Of a stretch of 64,000 nt of DNA, positions 51,728 to 60,879 are shown in pieces. Numbering within the stretch: the first letter of the stretch is position 1; each line of letters opens with the position of its first letter. The translations under genes and the position numbers were made by a program. This DNA is from Bacillota bacterium. GTDB taxonomy: Bacteria > Bacillota > Clostridia > Peptostreptococcales > Anaerovoracaceae. The notes below the pieces were generated by a model. The model worked only from the letters and a program-made list of their open reading frames with translations. It was not told the DNA's origin and ran no database searches. The stretch covers positions 134 to 64,133 of the forward strand of contig JAETTD010000011.1 in assembly GCA_021769295.1 (NCBI GenBank), given 5' to 3'.

Positions 51728-53260
51728 TTATTTTCCCAGAGCGGTTTTCTGAGCCACGCTGGTCGGTTTTTCGTAGCAGGCGAAAGTTTCTTCAACAAGC
51801 GCTGCATCCGGCTTCTTTGTTATCAGGCTTACCACAGGAACGATTACAAGTCCTGCAAGCATGGCTATGGAACCGCAGTTGATAGGGGAGCGCATTATCT
51901 CCGGAAGAACGGAAGGCGCCAGCATGTCCACTATCATGAGCACGGTGCCGAAAATGAAGGAAGCCCAGCACGCTCCGGCCGTCGTCTTTTTCCAATAGAG
52001 GGAATACAGGAACGGAGCCAGGAAAGCGCCTGCCAGCGCACCCCAGGATATGCCCATGAGCTGTGCGATAAATGTAATGGAACTCTTGTATTGAACAAGG
52101 GCAATTATAGCGGAGATTGCAATGAATACCACTATAAAGAAGCGTATCGTCAGGAGCTGTGACTTTTCTTTCATGTCCTTTACGATATTGTCCTTGATAA
52201 AGTCAATGGTAAGGGTTGAGCTTGAAGCGATTACCAGTGATGACAAGGTGGACATTGAAGCCGACAGAACCAGTATTACGACCAGAGCTATGAGGGCAGG
52301 GGAAAGGTTTTGCAGCATGGTGGGAATGATAGAATCATATCCGTTGGCTGCAACATCTACCTGATCGGAGAACAGTCTGCCGAAACCTCCAAGAAAATAG
52401 CAGCCTCCTGCAACCACAAGTGCGAACAATGTGGAAATTATAGTTCCTTTCTTTATAGAGGACTCGTCCTTAATGGCATAAAACTTCTGAACCATCTGAG
52501 GCAGACCCCATGTTCCAAGGGATGTGAGAATTACCACAAATAGCAGGTTCAGCGGATCAGGTCCAAAGAACGAAGCAAATATTCCCGGTGTTTCGGAAAC
52601 CGTTTCGTCGCTTATCTGAGCGAGGCCGGAAAGGGCCTCCATGAAGCCGCCTTTGCTCATCAAAACCGCCGCGATGATTGTTACGATACCGAACAGCATG
52701 ATGATTCCCTGTATGAAATCATTTATGGCGGTGGCCATATATCCGCCTGCGATAACGTAAATTGCAGTTAAAACAGCCATAAGCACGATGCATACCGAGT
52801 AATCGATGTTGAAAGCCATTCCGAACAGCCTGGAAAGACCGTTATATAGCGAGGCCGTGTAAGGAATCAGAAATACGAAAATAATGGCAGAAGCAACGAT
52901 TTTCAGCGGCTTGCTCTGAAACCTTTTGCCGAAAAACTGAGGCATGGTGGCAGAATCCAAGTGCTGCGTCATTATACGGGTTCTTCTGCCCAGAATAACC
53001 CATGCCAAAAGGGAACCTATGATAGCATTTCCTATGCCAGCCCACGTTGCCGCAATACCGTATTTCCAGCCGAACTGGCCTGCATATCCGACGAAAACCA
53101 CAGCCGAAAAATAGGATGTGCCGTAGGCGAAAGCCGTGAGCCAGGGACCTACGCTGCGGCCGCCCAGTACGAAACCGTTTACGTCGGTGGCATGTTTTCG
53201 GCAGTAAAGACCGATACCGACAAGTACGGCAAAATATATGACTAAAATAAGAATTTTCAT
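51728..53260 (-). CDS. Sodium:solute symporter (SSF family); substrate not assignable
   Basis: 510 aa and about 13 TM. The N-terminal VLGGRSVGPWLTAFAYGTSYFSAVVFVGYAG is typical of PutP/PanF-like SSF proteins. Confidence 0.88.
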   Translation of the reverse strand: MKILILVIYFAVLVGIGLYCRKHATDVNGFVLGGRSVGPWLTAFAYGTSYFSAVVFVGYAGQFGWKYGIAATWAGIGNAIIGSLLAWVILGRRTRIMTQHLDSATMPQFFGKRFQSKPLKIVASAIIFVFLIPYTASLYNGLSRLFGMAFNIDYSVCIVLMAVLTAIYVIAGGYMATAINDFIQGIIMLFGIVTIIAAVLMSKGGFMEALSGLAQISDETVSETPGIFASFFGPDPLNLLFVVILTSLGTWGLPQMVQKFYAIKDESSIKKGTIISTLFALVVAGGCYFLGGFGRLFSDQVDVAANGYDSIIPTMLQNLSPALIALVVILVLSASMSTLSSLVIASSSTLTIDFIKDNIVKDMKEKSQLLTIRFFIVVFIAISAIIALVQYKSSITFIAQLMGISWGALAGAFLAPFLYSLYWKKTTAGACWASFIFGTVLMIVDMLAPSVLPEIMRSPINCGSIAMLAGLVIVPVVSLITKKPDAALVEETFACYEKPTSVAQKTALGK

Positions 53261-53331
53261 AAAGATGTCGCTCCCTTCGTGTCTTCTTAGATTTTAAACT
53301 TTGAAGCTTTAAAGCTTTAAAAACATAATTT

Positions 53332-53360
53332 ACTCTACCACGCATTGTGTGGAATGTCAA
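53332..53360 (-). promoter_or_regulatory. Sigma-A-type promoter of the symporter gene
   Basis: On the minus strand: TTGACA (53360-53355), 17-nt spacer, TAGAGT (53337-53332). Confidence 0.5.
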
Positions 53361-53391
53361 TAAAATATTGAAAATATGTGGAGCGAACCGC

Positions 53392-54483
53392 CTAATTCAG
53401 CAGTATTTGGAGATTGCTTCTCAAACTCTTGAAGAAAAGACCGATAGATTTAAAAAGGATTTCACGGCTGTCATCGTCGAGACCCTTGAGGGAAGACAGA
53501 ACTATCCTTGCGTTTTCGGCGACATTGCTGTTCAGCTCCCTGAGAGTGTGGGCGCCCGTCTGTGATATGAGAGCATAAGCCGTGTCGACAAAAGCTTCCC
53601 TCTGAGCCGGAGTCATGTTTTTGACCCAGTCTTTGAGAGTGTGATCAAGAAATCTGCTGCTGTCGGTAACGTCTTTCAGCCGCTCGAAGCGATCTCTTGA
53701 AATTACCCACGAATAGACATCGTGCTGCATGAGACCGTTTCTCTCGACGCTTTTCAATATGGTATATTTTTCTTCATGCTCCAAAAGCATGCCGACTATG
53801 GAAGACTGGGGAATGAAAGTTATTATTTTACCGCAGATTTCTTTGTAGCCTTCGCTTTCCAGAACCTTTTCATCAAAACCGGGTCCGTCAAAATTGTATA
53901 CTTTTTCTATTCTGTTTTGAACGTCACGGTTGCAGAAAGCAGCAGAATAAGCGGCAAGATTGCCGCCCTTGGAATGACCGCCCGGTATTAGATTTCCCTT
54001 TAAACAGCGTGCGGCAGCCTCAATATATGCGACCGCAGACTGTTGCGCCGGAACGGGACATATAAAGCTCATGTTAAAATCCTCTTTCCAGCCTACGAGG
54101 GTGTTGTCCGTGCCTCTGTAAGAGATGAAATATAAGTCCTCGGATATTTTGACGGTGAGGGCAGAAAACTGTTTTTCCGAGCTTGCATCCCATTGATTTA
54201 TGTAACCGCACAGAGAAAGCCGGGAAAAGCGCGGGCTTTCCGATATCTTTTTCAGCATGAGCAAATCGCTGGTTTTGTATACCTTTTCAATGGCGCCCGG
54301 GTCATTGAGCAAGTCCTTGACAGCAGATTTTATGCTTACGCCGGTCAGAAAAGATTTAGGGACAATATTGTCAAAGGGGATGTATGAAAGGCGGGAAAGG
54401 ATGACCGCATCGACTTCGTTGAAATCACGCATTTTCAGAGAAAGGTCGCCCCGCCAGTCAAGATAATCTATTATATTGCTCAT
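53392..54483 (-). CDS. DUF2974 (Mbeg1-like) alpha/beta-hydrolase, lipase-like
   Basis: 363 aa. The N-terminal IIDYLDWRGDLS is typical of DUF2974. Nucleophile elbow GHSKGG. Confidence 0.75.
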   Translation of the reverse strand: MSNIIDYLDWRGDLSLKMRDFNEVDAVILSRLSYIPFDNIVPKSFLTGVSIKSAVKDLLNDPGAIEKVYKTSDLLMLKKISESPRFSRLSLCGYINQWDASSEKQFSALTVKISEDLYFISYRGTDNTLVGWKEDFNMSFICPVPAQQSAVAYIEAAARCLKGNLIPGGHSKGGNLAAYSAAFCNRDVQNRIEKVYNFDGPGFDEKVLESEGYKEICGKIITFIPQSSIVGMLLEHEEKYTILKSVERNGLMQHDVYSWVISRDRFERLKDVTDSSRFLDHTLKDWVKNMTPAQREAFVDTAYALISQTGAHTLRELNSNVAENARIVLSSLKGLDDDSREILFKSIGLFFKSLRSNLQILLN

Positions 54484-54557
54484 TTTTACCCTCCTTAATA
54501 TTCGTTTATTATATTGTTATAATCCAAAGTTTTAAAAGTGTCAAATATATTAACAAA

Positions 54558-54586
54558 TTGACAATGGAAAGGGCAGATGATATTAT
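54558..54586 (+). promoter_or_regulatory. Sigma-A promoter of the cobalamin-riboswitch operon
   Basis: TTGACA (54558-54563), 17-nt spacer, TATTAT (54581-54586). Confidence 0.7.
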
Positions 54587-54597
54587 ATAAAAATAAG

Positions 54598-54846
54598 TGA
54601 ATATAATGACCGAGGCAAAATCGGAAGCCGGTGTAAATCCGGCACTGTGTCTCAGCAACCGTGATATCTGCGAAAGGATTGGTGTTAAATCACAAGCCAC
54701 TAAAGAAGAATCTTTGGGAAGGCGTCCCGGTAGGGAGAGGATTAAGTCGGTAGACCTTGTTCCGGTCAATTAAGAAAGAATCTTCTGAGATGAGATGATG
54801 TAGATATGTTTATATGTAAGGCACCTCATGGAGAGGTGCTGTTTTT
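54598..54846 (+). promoter_or_regulatory. Cobalamin (B12) riboswitch with a terminator expression platform
   Basis: Conserved core GGAAGCCGGTGTAAATCCGGCACTGT, then AGCCACT...GGGAAGGC. B12-box-like AGTCGGTAGACCTTGT at about 54744. Terminator GCACCTC (54821-54827) / GAGGTGC (54833-54839) followed by TGTTTTT. Confidence 0.85.
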
Positions 54847-54861
54847 GTGGGGCAGAGTGAC

Positions 54862-56115
54862 ATGAATATTAAGAGCAACAAAAAACTGTTTAACGGAATA
54901 ATGGTAGGAATAATCGCTGTCATAATCGTCGGCGGAATAGCTGCGGTTGGAAGCATTAAGGGCTGGTTCGGAGGTTCCGAAGAATCCGCCGCAACGGTAA
55001 AAGACATCGCCGGCGTGGTAAGCATCGAACGAAAAGGCGTTTCCTTCAATTTGGATAAAGAAACCGAAGTTGAAGCAGGAGACATAATAAGAAGCAACGA
55101 AAAAGCCGGCGCCTCCGTCGATGCCAAACTTTCCGACATGGACATCAGCGAAAACACCGAGCTCAAAATAGACGGCTTTGACGGTGATAAAATGACCGCG
55201 GGATTGGAAAAAGGCGAGATATTCGTAACCACGGATAAAGATGATTTCGGCAAAATTTCTGCCCGGGGCAATGAAATAACCGCAACGGAATCGGTCTTTT
55301 CCGTCAATGTTCAGACCGGCTCAATGGGAATAAATGTCTTCAGCGGTGAAGTAACCATTGAAAAAGGAGAGCAGAAGGCTACAGCCAAGGCAGGAGAAGC
55401 CATAAGCGTAGTAGGAGATGAATTTTCCGTGGTTGAGCTTCAGGCAACATCCCTTAACGAGTTTAATATAGAAAAGGCAAAGAAGGCGGGAGAAGACCGT
55501 GAGCTTTGCTTCAGCGGCGAAGAATTGGATAAGGTTCTTGAAGACAGACAGAATGAGATTGACAAGGCCGCAGAAAGCAGCGAGGGTGAGGGCGAAGGCT
55601 CGGAAACCCAGCAGTCGAGCGGCAACGGAAGCGGCGGCAAAGGAAACTCATCAGGCAGCTCGTCTTCATCGGGAACAGCAACAACTCCTTCCGGAGGAGA
55701 AACTTCGGCATTGAAATGCACCATAGAAATAAGGTGCGACACGATATTAAACAATATGGGCGATTTGGAGCCGGGTAAGGAGGGATATGTTCCTTCAAGC
55801 GGCATTATATTAAGAACTACGACAGTAAACTTTACAGAAGGCGAAACCGCCTTTGACGTCCTCAACAGAATCTGCAAGGCGAGAGGAATTCAAATAGAAT
55901 ATTCATATACCCCTATGTACGGAAGCTACTACATAGAAGGAATAAACAATCTTTATGAATTTGACTGCGGACAGCAATCGGGGTGGATGTATAAAGTCAA
56001 CGGTTGGTTCCCTAACTACGGATGCTCAAGTTATACTTTAAAGGACGGAGATACCATAGTCTTCTGCTATACCTGCAAAGGCCTCGGAGCAGATGTGGGC
56101 GGTTCCGTCGGATAA
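54862..56115 (+). CDS. Membrane-anchored FecR-like / Gly-Ser linker / DUF4430 protein (candidate surface cobalamin-binding protein)
   Basis: I start at ATG 54862. N-terminal TM helix, FecR-like beta region (VVSIERKGVSF...AGDIIRS...GEIFV) and a low-complexity SSGNGSGGKGNSSGSSSSSG linker. The C-terminal DUF4430-like region reads YSYTPMYGSYYIEGINNLYEFDCGQQSGWMYKVNGW. Confidence 0.78.
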   Translation: MNIKSNKKLFNGIMVGIIAVIIVGGIAAVGSIKGWFGGSEESAATVKDIAGVVSIERKGVSFNLDKETEVEAGDIIRSNEKAGASVDAKLSDMDISENTELKIDGFDGDKMTAGLEKGEIFVTTDKDDFGKISARGNEITATESVFSVNVQTGSMGINVFSGEVTIEKGEQKATAKAGEAISVVGDEFSVVELQATSLNEFNIEKAKKAGEDRELCFSGEELDKVLEDRQNEIDKAAESSEGEGEGSETQQSSGNGSGGKGNSSGSSSSSGTATTPSGGETSALKCTIEIRCDTILNNMGDLEPGKEGYVPSSGIILRTTTVNFTEGETAFDVLNRICKARGIQIEYSYTPMYGSYYIEGINNLYEFDCGQQSGWMYKVNGWFPNYGCSSYTLKDGDTIVFCYTCKGLGADVGGSVG

Positions 56116-56124
56116 AGGAGATAT

Positions 56125-57021
56125 ATGCAAAACAGGGACACTTTTTCGGGCTATAATCCTATTATCAATTTCGTATTTTTTATAGGTGCGGTTATATTCG
56201 GGATGTTTTTCATACATCCCGGATTTTTGCTGTGTTCTTTTATCCTCGCTTTTGCCTATTATATAACGGTAAACGGAGTAAAAGGCTTTAAACTTCTATC
56301 GGGAATGATTGTCCTTTTTATAGTCCTCTCTGCTATAAGTCCGCTGTTTAACACTTACGGCGACCATGTGCTGTTTACATACTTCGGGGGAAGACATTAC
56401 ACATTGGAGGCTTTATATTACGGCATGGCTATATCGGCCATGTTTGTTACCGTAATAACATGGTTTGCTTCATATAATTCGGTTATGACCAGCGATAAGT
56501 TTTTATATATTTTCGGAAGGACGGCGCCTTCAGTATCCCTTGTGCTGTCCATGATAATGAGACTTATTCCCGGTTTTAAGAGAAAAGTTGATCAGATTGC
56601 CTCAGCGAGGAAGTGCGTTGGGAAAGCCGGAGAATTCGGGACAAAAAAAGAGCGGATCCGAAACGGCATGACCATAGTTTCCACTCTAACGACATGGGCC
56701 CTTGAGGGAGGCATAATAACCGCAGACAGCATGAGAAGCAGAGGTTACGGCAGCGGTAGAAGGAGCAGCTTTGCCGTATACAGGTTTGACAGCAGAGACA
56801 TACTCCTTCTGATCGTCATGATTATACTGATGACGGAAATAACCTTCTGCGGAATTATGGGCGGCGCCGGAGTCACTTATACGCCGACTCTTTATATAAC
56901 GGGAGCAGATAATATTTATACGATTGCAGGCATGGCGGGATATTTCGTATTTCTGGCTATACCTACAACATTGAACATAACGGAGGCAATAACATGGCAC
57001 ATTTTGAAATCAAGAATTTAA
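56125..57021 (+). CDS. ECF transporter transmembrane (T) component, CbiQ family, copy 1
   Basis: 298 aa, multi-TM, with the conserved ARKCVG / MRSRGYG coupling-helix motifs. Confidence 0.82.
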   Translation: MQNRDTFSGYNPIINFVFFIGAVIFGMFFIHPGFLLCSFILAFAYYITVNGVKGFKLLSGMIVLFIVLSAISPLFNTYGDHVLFTYFGGRHYTLEALYYGMAISAMFVTVITWFASYNSVMTSDKFLYIFGRTAPSVSLVLSMIMRLIPGFKRKVDQIASARKCVGKAGEFGTKKERIRNGMTIVSTLTTWALEGGIITADSMRSRGYGSGRRSSFAVYRFDSRDILLLIVMIILMTEITFCGIMGGAGVTYTPTLYITGADNIYTIAGMAGYFVFLAIPTTLNITEAITWHILKSRI

Positions 57022-58664
57022 ACTTTTCCTATCCGGCATCCAAGGGCAGAAAAGCGCTGAACAATATAAACCTAAACATAGAAAGAGGCGAATACATAAC
57101 CCTTTGCGGAAAAAGCGGAAGCGGAAAGACCACGTTGCTCAAACATTTGAAAAGCGTGCTGGCGCCTCATGGGACCATGACCGGAGAGATAATATTTGAG
57201 GGAAAACCCCTTGCCGAAGCGGATTTGAGAGAGCAGTCGAGCAAGATAGGATACGTGATGCAAAATCCGGACAATCAGATAGTTACGGACAAGGTTTGGC
57301 ATGAGCTGGCCTTTGGCCTCGAAAGCCTCGGAATGGACCAGAAGACCATACGCCTGAGGGTTGCCGAAATGGCAAGCTATTTCGGTATTCAGAGCTGGTT
57401 TCACAAAAATGTGTCAGAACTTTCGGGAGGACAGAAGCAGCTTCTTAATTTGGCGTCGATAATGGCCATGCAGCCTACGGTTTTGATTTTAGACGAGCCT
57501 ACCAGTCAGCTTGACCCTATAGCAGCCACAGACTTTTTGAATACGGTCAGAAAGATAAACCTGGAACTGGGAACTACGGTAATAATAACGGAACACAGGC
57601 TGGAAGACATTTTCCATGCGTCGGACAGAGTTGTGGTAATGGAAAAGGGCGAAATAATCGCAGCCGATACGCCTCGCAATATAGGCGCATTTCTGAAAGA
57701 AGAAAAAAATGAAATGTTTGCCGCCATGCCTACGCCGGTTCAGGTATATTACGGAGTGGAAAACGATTTGACATGCCCTCTGACCGTCCGTGAGGGCCGA
57801 AACTGGCTCAGCGAAATCTTTGAAGGCAGGGAGGTTAAAACCGATAAAACAGAAGAAAAGACTTTGCCCGAAAGGAAAGACGAAAATCCTGCCATACTTT
57901 TAAAAGAAGTATGGTTCAGATATGAGAAGGATGCTCCCGATGTTTTAAAGGGAGTCAACTTGGAAGTACCGAAGGGAACGTTGTTTGCCATAGTAGGAGG
58001 CAACGGCACCGGAAAATCCACTACCTTGAAATCGATATGCAATATATGCAAGCCTTACAGAGGAAAAGTTCTGATAGACGGAAAGCGCATAGAAAAATAC
58101 AGCTCAGCTCAGCTGTTTAAAGGAAATCTTGCCATGCTTCCTCAGGACCCTCAGAGTCTGTTTGTAAAGAAGACCGTAAAAGAGGATTTGGGGGAGATGC
58201 TTGATTCAGGCGTTGATAACAAAGAAGAAAAAATCAGCGAAGTTGCCGAAATATGCGATATTGCCCACCTTATGGACAGTCATCCTTACGATTTGTCCGG
58301 CGGAGAGCAGCAGAGGGCGGCCCTTGCAAAGGTTCTCCTCACAGAGCCTAAAATACTGCTTTTAGATGAGCCCACCAAGGGAATAGACAATTTCTTTAAG
58401 ATTAAATTTGCGGAGATATTGGATAAGCTTAAAGAAAAGGGAGTGACCGTTTTAATGGTTTCCCATGACGTGGAATTCTGCGCCAAGTATGCCGACATAG
58501 TGGGAATGTTCTTTGACGGAAACATAATAACCGCCAATACACCGGGCAGGTTCTTCTCGCAGAACAGCTTCTACACCACTGCGGCAAACCGCATGAGCCG
58601 TCACATATTTAAAAACGCAATTACAAATGAGGACGTGATTAAATTATGTCAAATGAACAAATAG
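56994..58664 (+). CDS. ECF transporter fused double ATPase (A1-A2)
   Basis: 556 aa with two ABC cassettes: GKSGSGKTT, LSGGQKQ, ILDEPT and [31 protein letters not shown]. Overlaps the T gene by 28 nt. Confidence 0.93.
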   Translation: MAHFEIKNLNFSYPASKGRKALNNINLNIERGEYITLCGKSGSGKTTLLKHLKSVLAPHGTMTGEIIFEGKPLAEADLREQSSKIGYVMQNPDNQIVTDKVWHELAFGLESLGMDQKTIRLRVAEMASYFGIQSWFHKNVSELSGGQKQLLNLASIMAMQPTVLILDEPTSQLDPIAATDFLNTVRKINLELGTTVIITEHRLEDIFHASDRVVVMEKGEIIAADTPRNIGAFLKEEKNEMFAAMPTPVQVYYGVENDLTCPLTVREGRNWLSEIFEGREVKTDKTEEKTLPERKDENPAILLKEVWFRYEKDAPDVLKGVNLEVPKGTLFAIVGGNGTGKSTTLKSICNICKPYRGKVLIDGKRIEKYSSAQLFKGNLAMLPQDPQSLFVKKTVKEDLGEMLDSGVDNKEEKISEVAEICDIAHLMDSHPYDLSGGEQQRAALAKVLLTEPKILLLDEPTKGIDNFFKIKFAEILDKLKEKGVTVLMVSHDVEFCAKYADIVGMFFDGNIITANTPGRFFSQNSFYTTAANRMSRHIFKNAITNEDVIKLCQMNK

Positions 58665-59386
58665 GAAAAGAAAACAGAAAAAAGGGGAGAGGATTCTGGC
58701 TGTCAATAATAGTCATGGTAATACTGATACCCCTGACCATAGGCATATCGTGGTATGTGGGTGACAGAAAGTATTATGTCGCCAGCGTGCTCATAATGGT
58801 ATACTCGATGCTTCCGTTTTTTGCAAGTTTTGAGAGAAGAAAACCGCAGGCAAGGGAACTGGTCACCCTGGCGGTAATGTGCGCCATTGCCGTAGCTTCG
58901 AGAGCCGCATTCGTATGGATTCCGAATTTTAAACCAATAGGTGGAATTATAATGATTACCGCCATGGCCTTCGGCCCTCAGGCGGGATTTATGACGGGCT
59001 CCCTGAGCATGATAGTCAGTGACATCATCTTCGGGCAGGGACCGTGGACTCCGTGGCAGATGTTCGCTTTCGGCCTTATGGGATTTATTTCGGGATTTTT
59101 GGCAAAGGCCGGCCTTTTGTCGAGGGAGAAGCCTTTGAGAAATGCGATAATAGGGTTTGTCATGATGGTGGTGATAACAGGACCTATACTTGATACATGC
59201 ACCATATTTACCATGGCTCAGATGATAAACACCGAGTCGGTGCTTGCCGTATACTTGGCAGGACTGCCAGTCAACATAAGTCAGGGCACGGCGGTTTTCC
59301 TGTGCCTGTTGCTGCTGACCAAGCCGATGATGGAAAAACTGGACAGAATTAAGATTAAATACGGGATGATGGAAGATGAAGTTTGA
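58646..59386 (+). CDS. ECF transporter substrate-specific (S) component (CbrT-like by context)
   Basis: 246 aa and about 6 TM. Lies inside the riboswitch-controlled ECF operon and overlaps the ATPase gene by 19 nt. Specificity is inferred from the riboswitch only. Confidence 0.68.
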   Translation: MSNEQIGKENRKKGRGFWLSIIVMVILIPLTIGISWYVGDRKYYVASVLIMVYSMLPFFASFERRKPQARELVTLAVMCAIAVASRAAFVWIPNFKPIGGIIMITAMAFGPQAGFMTGSLSMIVSDIIFGQGPWTPWQMFAFGLMGFISGFLAKAGLLSREKPLRNAIIGFVMMVVITGPILDTCTIFTMAQMINTESVLAVYLAGLPVNISQGTAVFLCLLLLTKPMMEKLDRIKIKYGMMEDEV

Positions 59387-60257
59387 TAGTTACCACCCGA
59401 CTATAAATTTAATATATTTCGCTTCTGCAATACTGTTTACCATATGTTTTGACCACCCTGCATGTGTGGCGGTAGCATATTTGAGCGCTTTTGCATATTC
59501 CGTAAAACTAAACGGTCGCAGAGCGGTTGTTTTTAACATATGCCTGATACCTTTTGTGCCGGCATACGGGGCGTGGTATGCTTATTACAATCATTTCGGA
59601 ACCACGAGCCTGAGACAGAACTTTATAGGCAATGATATAACTCTTGAGGCCCTGTGCTACGGAGCGATGATAGGCATAACCGTCATTACAGTTTTAATGT
59701 TCATGTCATGCATGTTCGCTGTTTTTTCGACGGACAAGGTGATTTATCTGTTTGGAAAAATATCTCCCAAACTGTCGTTGTTTTTATCAATACTTTTGAG
59801 AACGGTACCGAGGGTAAAGAAATATGCGGGACGCATAAACGTTGCGCAAAAAGGCATAGGCAGAGCTCCTTCACAAGGAAATATTTTCAGAAAAATCAAG
59901 AATTCGCTCAGACTTATATCTGTACTTATAACGTGGACATTGGAGAATTTTGTAGAGAGCGCCCAGTCCATGAAGTGCCGAGGATATTCGCTTAAAGGAC
60001 GTACGGCATTTTCAATATACAGGTTTGACAATCGTGACAGAAGCTTCGTAGTATCCATATTCTTTCTGCTCACCACAGTGGCGGCAGGCTGGGCTCTTGA
60101 CCAGACGAACATATACTATGACCCAAAGATTATAATGAACGAAGTTACCCTGTTGTCATATGTGTTTTACGTTGCATACGGAGTGCTTCTGCTATTGCCC
60201 ATGATTTTGCAGATAGCGGGAGAGATTAAGTACAAGAGACTGGCGCGGGCGGTTTAG
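59376..60257 (+). CDS. ECF transporter T component, CbiQ family, copy 2
   Basis: 293 aa. Paralogous to 56125-57021 (YHPTINLIYF vs YNPIINFVFF; AQKGIG vs ARKCVG; MKCRGYS vs MRSRGYG). Confidence 0.8.
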   Translation: MKFDSYHPTINLIYFASAILFTICFDHPACVAVAYLSAFAYSVKLNGRRAVVFNICLIPFVPAYGAWYAYYNHFGTTSLRQNFIGNDITLEALCYGAMIGITVITVLMFMSCMFAVFSTDKVIYLFGKISPKLSLFLSILLRTVPRVKKYAGRINVAQKGIGRAPSQGNIFRKIKNSLRLISVLITWTLENFVESAQSMKCRGYSLKGRTAFSIYRFDNRDRSFVVSIFFLLTTVAAGWALDQTNIYYDPKIIMNEVTLLSYVFYVAYGVLLLLPMILQIAGEIKYKRLARAV

Positions 60258-60330
60258 AGCATACCGAAGCCCGACATAAAAAGGCTTCATGCCAAATGCC
60301 GGGGTGGGGAAAAGTGACCCCATATCAAAC

Positions 60331-60472
60331 GTTGGCAGAATTTTGAAAAAGTCAGAATCTGCCAACAAAATCCAATGTGGCGCATGGATTTTCTGTGTCG
60401 AAAAATGTCGATGTTGTCGCTTTTTAAGAATCAGCAAAATTTGCCAACAGTTTTTTGGAAAAACTGTTGGCA
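60331..60472. repeat. GTTGGCAGA / TCTGCCAAC hairpins
   Basis: GTTGGCAGA (60331-60339) pairs with TCTGCCAAC (60358-60366) at a 30-nt GTTGGC-to-GCCAAC offset. A perfect 14-bp hairpin TGCCAACAGTTTTT-TGG-AAAAACTGTTGGCA spans 60442-60472. The 9-mer occurs again at 60585. Confidence 0.88.
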
Positions 60473-60555
60473 GATTTCCGGATTTCAGCCACGGCGACAA
60501 CATATGGGAAAATGTGGAAGAATATCCGACGAGAAATTTATATTTATTGTAAATA

Positions 60556-60818
60556 ATGTTGGTGAACTCTTGAAAAACCAAAAATCTGCCAACATAGGTT
60601 TACATAATACCTGATGGGCCTTCACTGAAATGTATCGGTGTTGGCTTTTTTTCGGTGCCGCAAAAAAATGGCCTACAAGTTTGACTTTTTTTGTAGGCCA
60701 ATTGCAGGGGAGAGGCTCAAAAAGCCAACGAAGCCCCCGGAACTCTCCCCAAATTTACAATTATTGGGATAAATGTTGGCTTTTCCAACGGTTCTCCTGC
60801 AAAAAGCCAACGCCATAG
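60556..60818 (+). repeat. About 270-bp GTTGGC/GCCAAC mosaic element, copy E
   Basis: Collinear with 43063-43331. Internal hairpins are GGCCTACAA/TTGTAGGCC (60670-60699), GGGGAGAG/CTCTCCCC (60707-60750) and GTTGGCTTTT/AAAAGCCAAC (60775-60811). Confidence 0.8.
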
Positions 60819-60845
60819 TCGCAGCCTTAGCATTTATTATAGACC

Positions 60846-60876
60846 CTAAAAAGAGGATGTCTTATGACACCCTCTT
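60846..60876 (-). terminator. Terminator of rodA (usable in both directions)
   Basis: GAGGATGTC / GACACCCTC stem with one mismatch and a TTAT loop. Flanked by AAAAA (60848-60852) and TTTTTTT (60875-60881). Confidence 0.75.
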
Positions 60877-60879
60877 TTT

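Noticed and set aside
60396-60420. Three TGTCG(A/A/C) repeats (60396, 60406, 60415) resembling Spo0A 0A boxes (TGTCGAA)
   Set aside because: They lie in a convergent 3' spacer with no promoter or downstream gene to regulate. They are more likely part of the local repeat patchwork.
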